A stretch of DNA of 64,000 bases. Source: an uncultured Oscillospiraceae bacterium. Its GTDB lineage: Bacteria; Bacillota; Clostridia; Oscillospirales; Oscillospiraceae. The stretch lies in the NCBI GenBank assembly GCA_964472725.1, contig CAYYLZ010000001.1, positions 3,336-67,335 of the forward strand, given 5' to 3'. The position numbers were made by a program, and so were the translations under genes. Of this stretch, positions 17,372-26,716 are shown in pieces (positions within the stretch are counted from its first letter, which is position 1; every line of letters begins with the position of its first letter). The notes under the pieces are model-generated. The model was not told the DNA's origin. It ran no database searches and saw only the letters and a list, made by a program, of their open reading frames with translations.

Positions 17372-18505
17372 ATGAGTCAGTACATTGAAGGTCCTCAGCC
17401 CGAACTGAATAATTCCAAGAAGACAGCTACTTATGAAATCATGCACATGGAAAAAGTTGTTGCCACGGTGTCCGAAAATGGTCGGGCGATGATTCTCAAC
17501 GAGCAGTTTATGCCTTATGATCTGTATCTTGAGGAGAGCGGCGAGTTTGATGATTTGATAAATAATCTAAACAATTTCTATTATTGGTGCGCTTCGCGTG
17601 TGCTCTCGCTGGATAGAATTTATGCCAAGGAAATTATGAACAGTTTGGGAGTTCCGCAAGCCGTAACCGACCGGGATCGTGCAAAAATCTCTCTGTCCTA
17701 TCATTGTGTCTCGCTGAATGATGTTTATTGGGTCAGAATTGAAGGGGAGAATGTCACCTTTGCGGAGCTGAATCTCTACGATAATCCCTTGAACGAGGCA
17801 ATCATACCGCTCCCATTGAAGGGCAAGCATTTGACCGTTACCAATAGGGAATTGGCACCTGATTTATCCACAAAGGGGTGTTTTCCTAAGGCGTGGATTC
17901 GCAGCGGAACGGAATTCCGATTGCTTAAGGACGGCGGCGAAGAAATCGTCCGTAGGGAGCTGCTTGCCAGTAAAGTATGTCAGTGCTTCGATGTGCCACA
18001 GGTTGCGTATGAAGAATACTATTATGACGGAGAAGTGGTTTCCCAAAGCGTCATTGTAACTTCGAAGGAGTGTTCCATGGTCTCCAAGATGGCGTATGAT
18101 GTCTATGCGCTCAACAATGACCTTGATACGATCGAGGAATGTATTCGTCTCGATCCTGTTACTTATTATGGCATGAACATTTTGGATTATCTGATAGGCA
18201 ACACGGATCGCCACCCTGAAAATTGGGGTTTCCTGGTCGATAATGCAACTAACCGGCCCATTTCTTTGTATCCGATAATGGATTTCAATATGAGCTTCCA
18301 AACCTATGACACGCTGGACGGCGCAAACTGCCTGACTGTAGGCGCAAGGAAACTGGGCCAAAGGGAAGCCGCAATCGAAGCTGTCAAGGCGATTGGCTTG
18401 CGGCAGATTTGTGACATTGATTTGTCGATTTTCGCAGGAGAAGAACAGAAAAAAGAAATGTTCCAGAGAAGACTTGCGGAGCTTAAAAAGTACACAAAGA
18501 ACTAA
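17372..18505 (+). CDS. HipA-like serine/threonine kinase family protein
   Basis: ILDYLIGNTDRHPENWGFLV is the HipA C-terminal catalytic motif. Start chosen at the ATG after GGAG; alternatives are 17306 and 17444. Confidence 0.65.
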   Translation: MSQYIEGPQPELNNSKKTATYEIMHMEKVVATVSENGRAMILNEQFMPYDLYLEESGEFDDLINNLNNFYYWCASRVLSLDRIYAKEIMNSLGVPQAVTDRDRAKISLSYHCVSLNDVYWVRIEGENVTFAELNLYDNPLNEAIIPLPLKGKHLTVTNRELAPDLSTKGCFPKAWIRSGTEFRLLKDGGEEIVRRELLASKVCQCFDVPQVAYEEYYYDGEVVSQSVIVTSKECSMVSKMAYDVYALNNDLDTIEECIRLDPVTYYGMNILDYLIGNTDRHPENWGFLVDNATNRPISLYPIMDFNMSFQTYDTLDGANCLTVGARKLGQREAAIEAVKAIGLRQICDIDLSIFAGEEQKKEMFQRRLAELKKYTKN

Positions 18506-18515
18506 TATGAAAAGT

Positions 18516-18554
18516 AAAGCACACGCTGCGGGTATTTCCCCAGCGTGTGCTTTT
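18516..18554 (+). terminator. rho-independent terminator
   Basis: aaagcacacgctg / cagcgtgtgctttt. Confidence 0.8.
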
Positions 18555-18676
18555 GTATAACATAAAGACAAAATAGGAATAAATGTACTTTTAATTGTAC
18601 AGTGAATGTGTATAATGGTAAGTGGGTAATTGTATTGAACGATGGTTAATTGATCTATATAGTGCGTTCGTGAAGT

Positions 18677-18797
18677 AAAAGGAAAAGGCTTCCTTGCGGA
18701 AGCCTTGGACGCATACACTATGCGGTCGGATAAGCCGACGATTTGAGAAAACTTTTATTTGAACTCGTAGTGTAAGTGTATAGGGGTCTATAAACTT
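18677..18797 (-). ncRNA. tracrRNA (predicted)
   Basis: Minus-strand GUUUAUAGACCCCUAUACACUUACACUACGAGUUCAAAU is an anti-repeat to the CRISPR repeat (blocks of 11, 8 and 6 bp). It is followed by hairpin GUCGG-CUUAU-CCGAC and the terminator AAGGCUUCC-GCAA-GGAAGCCUU-UUCCUUUU. Confidence 0.75.
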
Positions 18798-18803
18798 GTT
18801 ATC

Positions 18804-18832
18804 AGTGTAGCATATTTTGTGAGGGGTGTCAA
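18804..18832 (-). promoter_or_regulatory. sigma-A-type promoter for the tracrRNA
   Basis: Minus strand: TTGACA, 17-nt spacer, TACACT, about 7-8 nt before the anti-repeat. The -35 box ends 1 nt from the cas9 ATG. Confidence 0.5.
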
Positions 18833-18833
18833 C

Positions 18834-21800
18834 ATGGAAAGAAAAAGTAATTATTATCTGGGGCTGGATATAGGAACGGATTCGCTTGGATATGCTGTGA
18901 CAGACGGAGAATATAATATTTTAAAATTCAACGGAGAGCCAATGTGGGGTGTACATCTCTTTGAAGAAGCGGGTACAGGCGAGGAACGCCGGAACTTCCG
19001 TACTGCGCGCAGACGGCTGGATCGCCGGCAGCAGCGAGTGGATTTGGTTCAGGAGATTTTTGCAAAAGAAATATACAAGGTGGATCCGGCATTTTATATA
19101 AGGATCGCGGAAAGCCATAAATTTTCGGATGACAGCGAATACGGAGTAGCGTTGTTTCAGGATTCGGACTATACCGATGGACAATATTTACGCGATTACC
19201 CGACAATTCACCACTTGATCTGCGAACTGATGGACAACTCTGCAACCCATGATGTGCGGCTGGTATATCTAGCTTGTGCGTGGCTGGTAGCTCATCGAGG
19301 TCACTTCCTGAAAGAGGTGTCGGTTGATAATCTGGAAGAACTTACTGATCTTTCTTCTGTTTACCGGGAATTTATGGAATTCTTTGAGGGAGAAAAACCG
19401 TGGGGAGAGATTAATGCGGAAACCTTTGGAGAAGTTTTGAGAAAGAAAATCGGTAAAGCTGCAAAATACAAAGAACTGAGCCGACTGATTTATGGAAACG
19501 CTAAAGTTTCAAAGGAAGTGTCGGAAGAATTCCCTTACAGCCGGGAAGGTATACTCAAGCTTCTTTGCGGTAGCCAATATGCTGTCAGTGCTCTGTTCGA
19601 CAACAAGGAGTACGTGGAGCTGGGTTCGATTTCGCTGGATATGAATGACGAAAGCTTTGACGCACTCAGGTCTAATATTGGCGATGATGGAGAGCTTCTT
19701 GTTAAGCTTAAAAGTATTTATGACTGGACCGTGCTGTGCGATGTGCTTAGAGGCAATACATTTATATCTCAGATGAAGGTCGAGGACTACGAACAGCATC
19801 GTAAGGATCTGCAGCAGCTTAAGCGCCTGGTGAAAAAGTATATTCCAAAAGAATATAACGAAATATTCCGCGTTTCCGTAAAAGGTCTGACCAACTACAC
19901 TGCATACAGCGGCAATTTCCGGAATACTGCAGCAGCGGAGGAGAACAGCAGGACGACTCAGGAGGAGTTTTGCAAATACATATTGAAGAAGTTCGAGTTT
20001 GTAATGCCCCAGCCGGAGGATGAGCAGGAACTGACAGTTATGCGTGAGCGGCTTGATTTGAAGAAATTCATGCCAAAGCAGGTCAACGGAGATAACCGTG
20101 TTGTACCTCAGCAGGTGTATTATGCGGAACTGCGCCGCATTCTGGAGCAGGCTGCGAACTATCTGCCATTCCTTACGGAGAAGGATGCCGACGGATTGAC
20201 CCCAGCGGATAAACTATTGTCTGTGTTCAGCTTTCGCGTTCCGTATTTCGTTGGCCCGCTGAATAATGCCAGTGAACATGCGTGGATAAGGCGCAAGGCT
20301 GAAGGCAGGATACTTCCCTGGAACTTCGAGGAAAAAGTGGACCTGGATGCAAGCGAACAGGCATTTATTGCCCGCATGACAAATAAATGCACCTATCTGC
20401 CGGGGGAAGACGTACTGCCGGAAGTGTCTCTCTGCTATGAACGATACAAGGTGCTCAACGAGATAAACACAATAAAAATCAACGGCAGAAGTCTGTCTGC
20501 AGAGGCCAAGCAGGGAATATTCAACGACCTTTTCATGAACATGAAAAAGGTGACCCCGAAGCGCATCAAAGATTACCTGCTCTCCAATAATTATTGTACG
20601 GCTGAGGATTTGAATACATTCAGCGGATTGGACGAAACAGTGAAGTCAGGCCTTGCCATGCACAGTGCTTTTGCTCGGCTTATGAACGATACGCTGACTG
20701 AGGAGGATGTAGAAAGAATAATACGACGGGCTGCCTGCTGTGAAGATAAGGGCAGACTCCGGCTCTGGTTGAAAAGGGAATTCCCCGCACTGTCCGAGGA
20801 AGACAGGCGGTATATAGCAGGGCTGAAGATCAAGGGCTTCGGCAGACTGTCCAAGAAATTCCTTGCCGGTATACTCGGCGTGGAGAAATCCACAGGGGAG
20901 GTCAATACCATTCTTGGCTGGATGTGGGAACACAACCTCAACCTCATGCAGCTGCTGTCCGAACAATTTGATTTCGCTGAGCAGATAGAAAAAATACGGG
21001 CGGAATACTACGATGCGAATAAGCTGGCGCTGAACGAGCGCCTCGATAGTATGTATATCTCAAATTCTGTCAAACGTCCTATTATCCGTACTATGGATAT
21101 TGTACGCGAGGTAGTCAAAGCCAAGGGCTGTCCGCCGAAGAAGATATTCGTGGAAATGGCTCGCGGTGGAAATGCGGAAGAAAAAGGAAAACGCACTAAA
21201 TCCCGCTATGAGCAGCTGTGCGAGCTGTACGCGAAAGTGGATACAGAGGATGTGCGCCAGCTTCAGGCAGAGCTGGAGGAAATGGGGGAGGCTCGGGATA
21301 GCCGGCTGCAGAGTGAGCGGTTGTTCCTGTATTTCCTGCAGCTGGGCAAGTGTATGTATAGCGGGGAGGCGATAGACCTTTCAAAGCTTGCGGGTGAGAC
21401 TTATAATGTGGACCATATCTATCCGCAGTCCAAGGTCAAGGACGACAGTATCGTTAATAATAAGGTTCTTGTAAGAAGCGAGATAAACGGGAGTAAGAAG
21501 GATGATTATCCCATTGCTGCCGATATCCGCAGAAAAATGGGTGCGCAATGGAAGCTGCTGCGGGAGCTTGGGCTGATAAACGAGGAAAAATATCGCCGCC
21601 TGACACGCGATACCCCCTTTGATGAAAATGAGGAATGGGGCTTTATCAACCGTCAGCTGGTAGAGACCCGCCAGTCTACCAAGGCCGTGACCACCCTGCT
21701 GAGCGAAAAATATCCCGAAACAGAGATAGTTTATGTCAAAGCCGGGATGGTTTCTGAGTTCCGACAGGACTTTGATGTGCTCAAGTGCCGATCTGTGAAT

Positions 21801-22901
21801 GACCTGCACCATGCAAAGGATGCCTATCTGAACATCGTGGTCGGAAATGTATACAGTGAGCGATTTAATCATCAGTGGTATTTGGCAAACAGAAATAATT
21901 ACTCCGTAAAGACCAAAGCGGTTTTCACTAATCCGGTGACTGTGAACGGAGCAGTTGTCTGGAACGGAAAAACCGCGCTTGAAAAAGTTATTAATACCGT
22001 ACGGAAAAATAATGCTGTGCATTTGACCCGATACGCGTTTTGCAAGGCGGGAGGCTTCTTTGACCTGCAGCCGAGAAAAGCCGGAGAAAATCTGGTGCCG
22101 CGGAAACTTGGGCTTCCGGCGGAAAAATATGGAGGATACCGAAAGCCTGCCGTGTCATTCTATATTCTTGTGGCCTTTACGGTGAAAAAGAAGCGGGAGG
22201 TAATGTTCGTGCCTATTGAGCTGCACAGCAGGCAGTTTATGAGGGATGAACTTTTGGCCCGGGGGTATGTTTGGCGGCAGGCGGAAAAAATAATCGGGAA
22301 AAGCGTAAGTGATTTTGAACTGCCGCTGGGACTGAGACCCATAAAAATAAACACCATGCTTGAAGCAGACGGTTACCGCATGACACTGTCGGGCAAATCT
22401 GGTGGAGGAAAGAGTGTTATCGTCTCGGGTATGGTGCCGCTGATAGTGGGAGATAAATGGGACGGCTATATCAAACGGCTGGAGCGCTTTGCGGAGAAGA
22501 AAAAGCAGAATCCGGCTATGATATGGTCAGAGAAATATGACAAAATATCACCGGCAGAGAATATTGAGCTTTACGATACGCTCTGCGGTAAGCTGGAAAA
22601 TAATATGTACCGTAAGCGCCCAGCCAATCCGATAAAGGATTTGAAAAACGGCAGAGAGAAGTTCCTTGAGCTCGATATTGCGCGGCAGGTACACTGTTTG
22701 CTGCAGATGGTTGCTCTGTTCGGAAGAACCGCGAGCGGCTGTGATCTGAGCGGGGTCGGCGGTAAGCCGCGCGCCGGAGCTACTACAAGATCTTCGAGCT
22801 TGAGCAATTGGGCAAAGGAATACAAGGATGTACGTATCATAGACCAATCGGCGGCCGGTCTGTTTGAAACCCGATCCGTGAATTTGCTGGAGCTGTTATG
22901 A
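18834..22901 (+). CDS. cas9: Cas9 (type II-A), 1355 aa
   Basis: RuvC-I YYLGLDIGTDSLGYAV, RuvC-II IFVEMARG, HNH YNVDHIYPQSKVKDDSIVNNKVLV, RuvC-III NDLHHAKDAYLN. Start at the ATG after GAGGGG. Confidence 0.95.
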   Translation: MERKSNYYLGLDIGTDSLGYAVTDGEYNILKFNGEPMWGVHLFEEAGTGEERRNFRTARRRLDRRQQRVDLVQEIFAKEIYKVDPAFYIRIAESHKFSDDSEYGVALFQDSDYTDGQYLRDYPTIHHLICELMDNSATHDVRLVYLACAWLVAHRGHFLKEVSVDNLEELTDLSSVYREFMEFFEGEKPWGEINAETFGEVLRKKIGKAAKYKELSRLIYGNAKVSKEVSEEFPYSREGILKLLCGSQYAVSALFDNKEYVELGSISLDMNDESFDALRSNIGDDGELLVKLKSIYDWTVLCDVLRGNTFISQMKVEDYEQHRKDLQQLKRLVKKYIPKEYNEIFRVSVKGLTNYTAYSGNFRNTAAAEENSRTTQEEFCKYILKKFEFVMPQPEDEQELTVMRERLDLKKFMPKQVNGDNRVVPQQVYYAELRRILEQAANYLPFLTEKDADGLTPADKLLSVFSFRVPYFVGPLNNASEHAWIRRKAEGRILPWNFEEKVDLDASEQAFIARMTNKCTYLPGEDVLPEVSLCYERYKVLNEINTIKINGRSLSAEAKQGIFNDLFMNMKKVTPKRIKDYLLSNNYCTAEDLNTFSGLDETVKSGLAMHSAFARLMNDTLTEEDVERIIRRAACCEDKGRLRLWLKREFPALSEEDRRYIAGLKIKGFGRLSKKFLAGILGVEKSTGEVNTILGWMWEHNLNLMQLLSEQFDFAEQIEKIRAEYYDANKLALNERLDSMYISNSVKRPIIRTMDIVREVVKAKGCPPKKIFVEMARGGNAEEKGKRTKSRYEQLCELYAKVDTEDVRQLQAELEEMGEARDSRLQSERLFLYFLQLGKCMYSGEAIDLSKLAGETYNVDHIYPQSKVKDDSIVNNKVLVRSEINGSKKDDYPIAADIRRKMGAQWKLLRELGLINEEKYRRLTRDTPFDENEEWGFINRQLVETRQSTKAVTTLLSEKYPETEIVYVKAGMVSEFRQDFDVLKCRSVNDLHHAKDAYLNIVVGNVYSERFNHQWYLANRNNYSVKTKAVFTNPVTVNGAVVWNGKTALEKVINTVRKNNAVHLTRYAFCKAGGFFDLQPRKAGENLVPRKLGLPAEKYGGYRKPAVSFYILVAFTVKKKREVMFVPIELHSRQFMRDELLARGYVWRQAEKIIGKSVSDFELPLGLRPIKINTMLEADGYRMTLSGKSGGGKSVIVSGMVPLIVGDKWDGYIKRLERFAEKKKQNPAMIWSEKYDKISPAENIELYDTLCGKLENNMYRKRPANPIKDLKNGREKFLELDIARQVHCLLQMVALFGRTASGCDLSGVGGKPRAGATTRSSSLSNWAKEYKDVRIIDQSAAGLFETRSVNLLELL

Positions 22902-23782
22902 GCTGGAGAACCGTTGTTATCAGCAGCAGATGCAAGCTGGATCTGAAAATGGGATATATGGTGGTGCGCGGCGAGGATGTGAAGCGAATATTTCTGGATG
23001 AGATAGCTATCCTTGTTATAGAAAACCCGGCGGTATCTCTTACAGGCTGTCTGTTGGAGGCTTTGGTGTCGCAGAAAATACGTGTGATTTTCTGCGATGC
23101 CAAACGCTCGCCTATGGCGGAGCTTGCTCCCTATTACGGCGCCCATGATTCGCCGCGTAAGATAAGAGCTCAGATGTCGTGGGGCGCGGAGCTCAAGCGT
23201 ATGGTGTGGGCCGAGATAGTTTCGGAGAAAATTCGAAGACAAGCGGAATTTTTGGAGGAACTGAAACGGGCACGGGAGAGTGCTATGCTGCGGGAATATA
23301 TTGCGCAAATACAGCCCGGAGACGCAACGAACAGGGAGGGACACGCGGCAAAGGTATATTTCAACGGCATTTTCGGAATGGACTTTACCCGCAGCGAGGA
23401 TACGGCTGTGAATGCCGCGCTGAACTATGGCTATTCCGTTATCCTTTCGGCTTTCAACAGGGAAATAACTGCCTGCGGTTATATAACTCAGTTGGGAATA
23501 TTCCATGACAATATGTTCAATCATTTCAATCTCAGCAGCGATCTTATGGAGCCTTTCCGCATTCTAATAGACAGAGTGGTGGTGAAGATGCCGCTTGAAA
23601 AATTTGAAACGGTGCATAAGCGTGTTTTGTGGGATGTGCTAAATAAATATGTTCTTATTGAGGGGAAGAGGCAGACGGTGCTAAACGCAATAAAAATATA
23701 TACCAAGAGCGTGTTTGATGCGCTGAATGATGGAGATTTGGCAAATATAAGGTTTTACCGAATTATTAATGACGACATATGA
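22898..23782 (+). CDS. cas1: Cas1
   Basis: Type II Cas1-like sequence ([22 protein letters not shown]). 4-nt overlap with cas9. Confidence 0.9.
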   Translation: MSWRTVVISSRCKLDLKMGYMVVRGEDVKRIFLDEIAILVIENPAVSLTGCLLEALVSQKIRVIFCDAKRSPMAELAPYYGAHDSPRKIRAQMSWGAELKRMVWAEIVSEKIRRQAEFLEELKRARESAMLREYIAQIQPGDATNREGHAAKVYFNGIFGMDFTRSEDTAVNAALNYGYSVILSAFNREITACGYITQLGIFHDNMFNHFNLSSDLMEPFRILIDRVVVKMPLEKFETVHKRVLWDVLNKYVLIEGKRQTVLNAIKIYTKSVFDALNDGDLANIRFYRIINDDI

Positions 23783-24099
23783 GTTATAGATTTATGCGAG
23801 TGCTTGTGTTTTTTGATCTGCCTACAGAGACCCTTGAAGACCGCCGAAATTACAGCCGGTTCAGAAAGCTGCTTTTGAAAAACGGATTTTTGATGCTTCA
23901 GGAATCGGTCTATTGTCGTATGCTGCTCAATGGAACAGCGGAAAAGACTGTACTGGAGCTGATAAGAAAATACAGCCCTCCTGCGGGTCTTGTTCAGGTG
24001 CTCACGGTTACTGAAAAGCAATTTGCCAAAATGGAGTATATTACCGGAGAGGCGCAGCATGAGGTAGTGGATACGGATGAAAGGTTGATAGTGCTTTGA
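23779..24099 (+). CDS. cas2: Cas2
   Basis: [13 protein letters not shown]...ESVY pattern. 4-nt overlap with cas1. Confidence 0.85.
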   Translation: MSYRFMRVLVFFDLPTETLEDRRNYSRFRKLLLKNGFLMLQESVYCRMLLNGTAEKTVLELIRKYSPPAGLVQVLTVTEKQFAKMEYITGEAQHEVVDTDERLIVL

Positions 24100-24770
24100 A
24101 GTTTGCTTATCCCGAGATCAGCGGTGTTTTCGAGGTGTATAAGCCTTATGCAAATACGCTGGTAATAGAAAATCAAAAATTGTTCTCCGCTCTGATTCGT
24201 GATATTTATTTGGGGATTTGCGGTATGGAAACAGGATGCGTGCTGTCGCTGCAGAATACTCCTGTTTCCATGGCGAAGCACTGTGAACTGATAAGCAGCT
24301 TTGTGGATTTTGACCTTAATCGCAAGCCACTCCTGAATAAAATAATAGCTGGTCTGGAGGAGAAAGCGCTTGAGCCGCAGAACTATACGGAGACAATGCA
24401 GCTTTTAAGCGACATAGAGAACAGCATTGACAAATGGGCCTTCGATTTTCCGTGCGATATTGTTTCCTCGAAAATAACGGTAGCCAACATGCTGAAGTCT
24501 GTAGGCTTGGAGCTGCGGCAGGAGTACAGCGGTATTAATGCCCTTGGAGAAAAGCTGCTTGACTATATGGAGCTTGTCCGTGAGTTTGAGCGGGATAAGC
24601 TGTTTGTGCTGGTTGGTCTTCGCAGTTATCTGCCGGATGATGCCGCGGAGCGCTTTTTAAACTCGGTTGTTGCCCATGAATTTCACGTCATGCTCATCGA
24701 CAGTCGGGATCATCCACGGCTGTCGGCGGAGCGACGAATTACGGTGGATGAAGATTTATGTGAATTTTAA
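24096..24770 (+). CDS. csn2: Csn2 (type II-A signature protein)
   Basis: About 224 aa, in the position after cas2 and before the array. TTG start overlaps the cas2 stop. N-terminal NTLVIEN and general Csn2 likeness. Confidence 0.7.
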   Translation: MKFAYPEISGVFEVYKPYANTLVIENQKLFSALIRDIYLGICGMETGCVLSLQNTPVSMAKHCELISSFVDFDLNRKPLLNKIIAGLEEKALEPQNYTETMQLLSDIENSIDKWAFDFPCDIVSSKITVANMLKSVGLELRQEYSGINALGEKLLDYMELVREFERDKLFVLVGLRSYLPDDAAERFLNSVVAHEFHVMLIDSRDHPRLSAERRITVDEDLCEF

Positions 24771-24892
24771 TTGACAATTTATATGTTTTGATGAATAATG
24801 AATGTAGGCTTACACAGAGCCCCTGCGGATGTACTTCTCTACCTCGCTGGCATCGTAGACCGGTTGTTTCGGATGTTGGTCCGGGATTTGAG
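24771..24892 (+). promoter_or_regulatory. CRISPR leader
   Basis: Lies between the csn2 stop and the first repeat. The degenerate repeat is at the far end, which fits this orientation. Confidence 0.5.
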
Positions 24893-25126
24893 GTTTGAGA
24901 GTAGTGTAAATCTATAGGGGTCTCAAACTCAAGCTCGGCGGCAATGTCAATAACAGTCGTTTGAGAGTAGTGTAAATCTATAGGGGTCTCAAACCTGCGG
25001 AAATAATACGAACACCGGGAATTGGTTTGAGAGTAGTGTAAATCTATAGGGGTCTCAAACCGTATGCATGTCCTATGTACGTATACCCCTGTTTGAGAGT
25101 AGTGTAAATCTATAGGGTTAATGAAA
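24893..25126 (+). CRISPR. CRISPR array: 4 repeats of 36 bp and 3 spacers of 30 bp
   Basis: Repeat gtttgagagtagtgtaaatctataggggtctcaaac at 24893, 24959 and 25025. The terminal copy at 25091 diverges after position 27. Spacers: tcaagctcggcggcaatgtcaataacagtc, ctgcggaaataatacgaacaccgggaattg, cgtatgcatgtcctatgtacgtatacccct. Confidence 0.95.
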
Positions 25127-25157
25127 TGCGCTGAACTATCTGAAGTTCAGCGCATTT
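25124..25157. terminator. bidirectional hairpin between the array and the ssp gene
   Basis: aaatgcgctgaact / agttcagcgcattt. Confidence 0.75.
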
Positions 25158-25196
25158 ATATTATTGTGGACAGGTGGCAGATATTGAAATATTTAT

Positions 25197-25299
25197 TTAC
25201 ACCACCAGCCCCGCTATGTACTCAACCTCTACCTTATACCCAACTTTAGTCCTATCAACTCGTTCGTATCTCGCAGTTCGTACGGGTGTCATCTTCTTG
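25197..25299 (-). repeat. copy E of the repeated module (lacks the 5' arm; fused in frame to ssp)
   Basis: The last 31 codons of the ssp ORF (MTPVRTARYERVDRTKVGYKVEVEYIAGLVV) are the module reading frame. Similarity to other copies begins at caagaagatg. Confidence 0.8.
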
Positions 25300-25454
25300 A
25301 CCATCTGGCCGCCGATGGAGCCGGCCTGCTTGGAGGTGAGGTCGCCGTTGTAGCCCTGCTTGAGGTTAACGCCGACTTCGTTGGCAGCTTCCATCTTGAA
25401 CTTATCCATGGCCTCACGGGCGTTGGGATTCATAATGCTGTTGGACTTAGACAT
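25197..25454 (-). CDS. alpha/beta-type small acid-soluble spore protein with a non-canonical 31-aa tail
   Basis: MSKSNSIMNPNAREAMDKFKMEAANEVGVNL...GDLTSKQAGSIGGQMVKKM carries both conserved SASP blocks. AAGGAGA RBS. Confidence 0.75.
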   Translation of the reverse strand: MSKSNSIMNPNAREAMDKFKMEAANEVGVNLKQGYNGDLTSKQAGSIGGQMVKKMTPVRTARYERVDRTKVGYKVEVEYIAGLVV

Positions 25455-25590
25455 TTTGTTTATCTCCTTGTTTGTTTATTGGGTATTGCAGTTATATTTT
25501 TGCCGACACGTTGTTTTATATTCTGCTAATTTTTTGATGTTGTAATAAAGAACTGTGAGCATGGATACAGGAGTGTTTTATAACGAAACA

Positions 25591-25622
25591 GAGGCCTGAT
25601 GCGATGAAACGCATCAGGCCTC
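25591..25622. terminator. hairpin terminator after the UROD-family gene
   Basis: gaggcctgatgcg / cgcatcaggcctc. Confidence 0.75.
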
Positions 25623-25644
25623 ATTATTTTTGATTGCAGCATTA

Positions 25645-26628
25645 TCAGATACTTCTTGCTGCCTCAATTATCCAGTTTACGCGTTCAAGATCCATGCGGT
25701 GATCCATTGTGCAGTCGCCGCCAATCATTACACCCAGCTTACCGGTATCAAGAATGAGCTGGCGGGTATATTCCTGTAGTTCCTCCTTGGAGCCGTGGTA
25801 CAGTATGCCGCGCTGCTCATCAGTGGATTCAACACCCCAATGGGTGTCAAAACCGCCGAGAATGGTCTTGTTGCCGAAGAGGAAGCGACCCTCGTGGAGA
25901 GGAATGTCCTCAACATGAGTTGCCCAGTTTACGCACTTGACAGGATAGTCATACCAAAGGCTTGTCCTGTTTGGCTCTCCCATAAATCCGCAGCAGTGCA
26001 TAATGTTGTTGTCGGAATAACGGTTTATATGCTCAAGCACATAGAACTCGCTGGGGACTATAATGTCTTTGTATTCCTCCTCGGTGAAGCGGGTATACTC
26101 GGCGTTCTGGACGCAGTAATATATACCATCGCAGCCACATTCGGTAATGATAAGCTCCGCGAGCAGAGCACTGCTCTGAGCGACAGCGTCAAGGACTTTC
26201 TTCAGCTCGTTTTTGTTATTTCGGGCAAACTCCATAGCAAGCTCGTCCGAAATGGCCGTCTTAAGAGAAGTGAAAGGGTTGAAAATATTATAGAACATAC
26301 ACATATCCTTGCCGAACTTCTCTACAAGGACGCGAGCTCTTTCCAACTGTCCGGTAATCCACGGATGATTTCTGTCTAGCGGCTTGATTTTAAGCAGATC
26401 CTCGATGGTTTTCACTTCACCCTCGGTGGGGAAAGGAAAATATCCGTCGCTCATGATTTTAACAAAGTCAAGGTCAAGCTTGCTGTAATAATCAATATGG
26501 GCATCAATGCAGGGCTGACCGGTCATGAATTGATAATCTTCATCGAAGAAATGAATCCAAAAACCTACCGGAACATGGTCAACCGGCTGCTTGTTAAGCG
26601 CATTGAGCACTCTGGTTCTCTTGTCCAT
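25645..26628 (-). CDS. uroporphyrinogen decarboxylase (URO-D/MtaA-like) family protein
   Basis: 327 aa. N-terminal LNKQPVDHVPVGFW and overall likeness to URO-D-fold methyltransferase/decarboxylase proteins. Confidence 0.65.
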   Translation of the reverse strand: MDKRTRVLNALNKQPVDHVPVGFWIHFFDEDYQFMTGQPCIDAHIDYYSKLDLDFVKIMSDGYFPFPTEGEVKTIEDLLKIKPLDRNHPWITGQLERARVLVEKFGKDMCMFYNIFNPFTSLKTAISDELAMEFARNNKNELKKVLDAVAQSSALLAELIITECGCDGIYYCVQNAEYTRFTEEEYKDIIVPSEFYVLEHINRYSDNNIMHCCGFMGEPNRTSLWYDYPVKCVNWATHVEDIPLHEGRFLFGNKTILGGFDTHWGVESTDEQRGILYHGSKEELQEYTRQLILDTGKLGVMIGGDCTMDHRMDLERVNWIIEAARSI

Positions 26629-26716
26629 AATAACCCTCCGATAATATAATAGTAAAATTTGCGCTTACCGCAATCCTACTTTAGAGTGTATCATAGACAG
26701 CATTTCCAGTCAATCA

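Noticed and set aside
25061-25090. Spacer 3 shares CTATGTAC with the left end of every module copy
   Set aside because: Only 8 contiguous nucleotides match, with no extension on either side. This is most likely chance.
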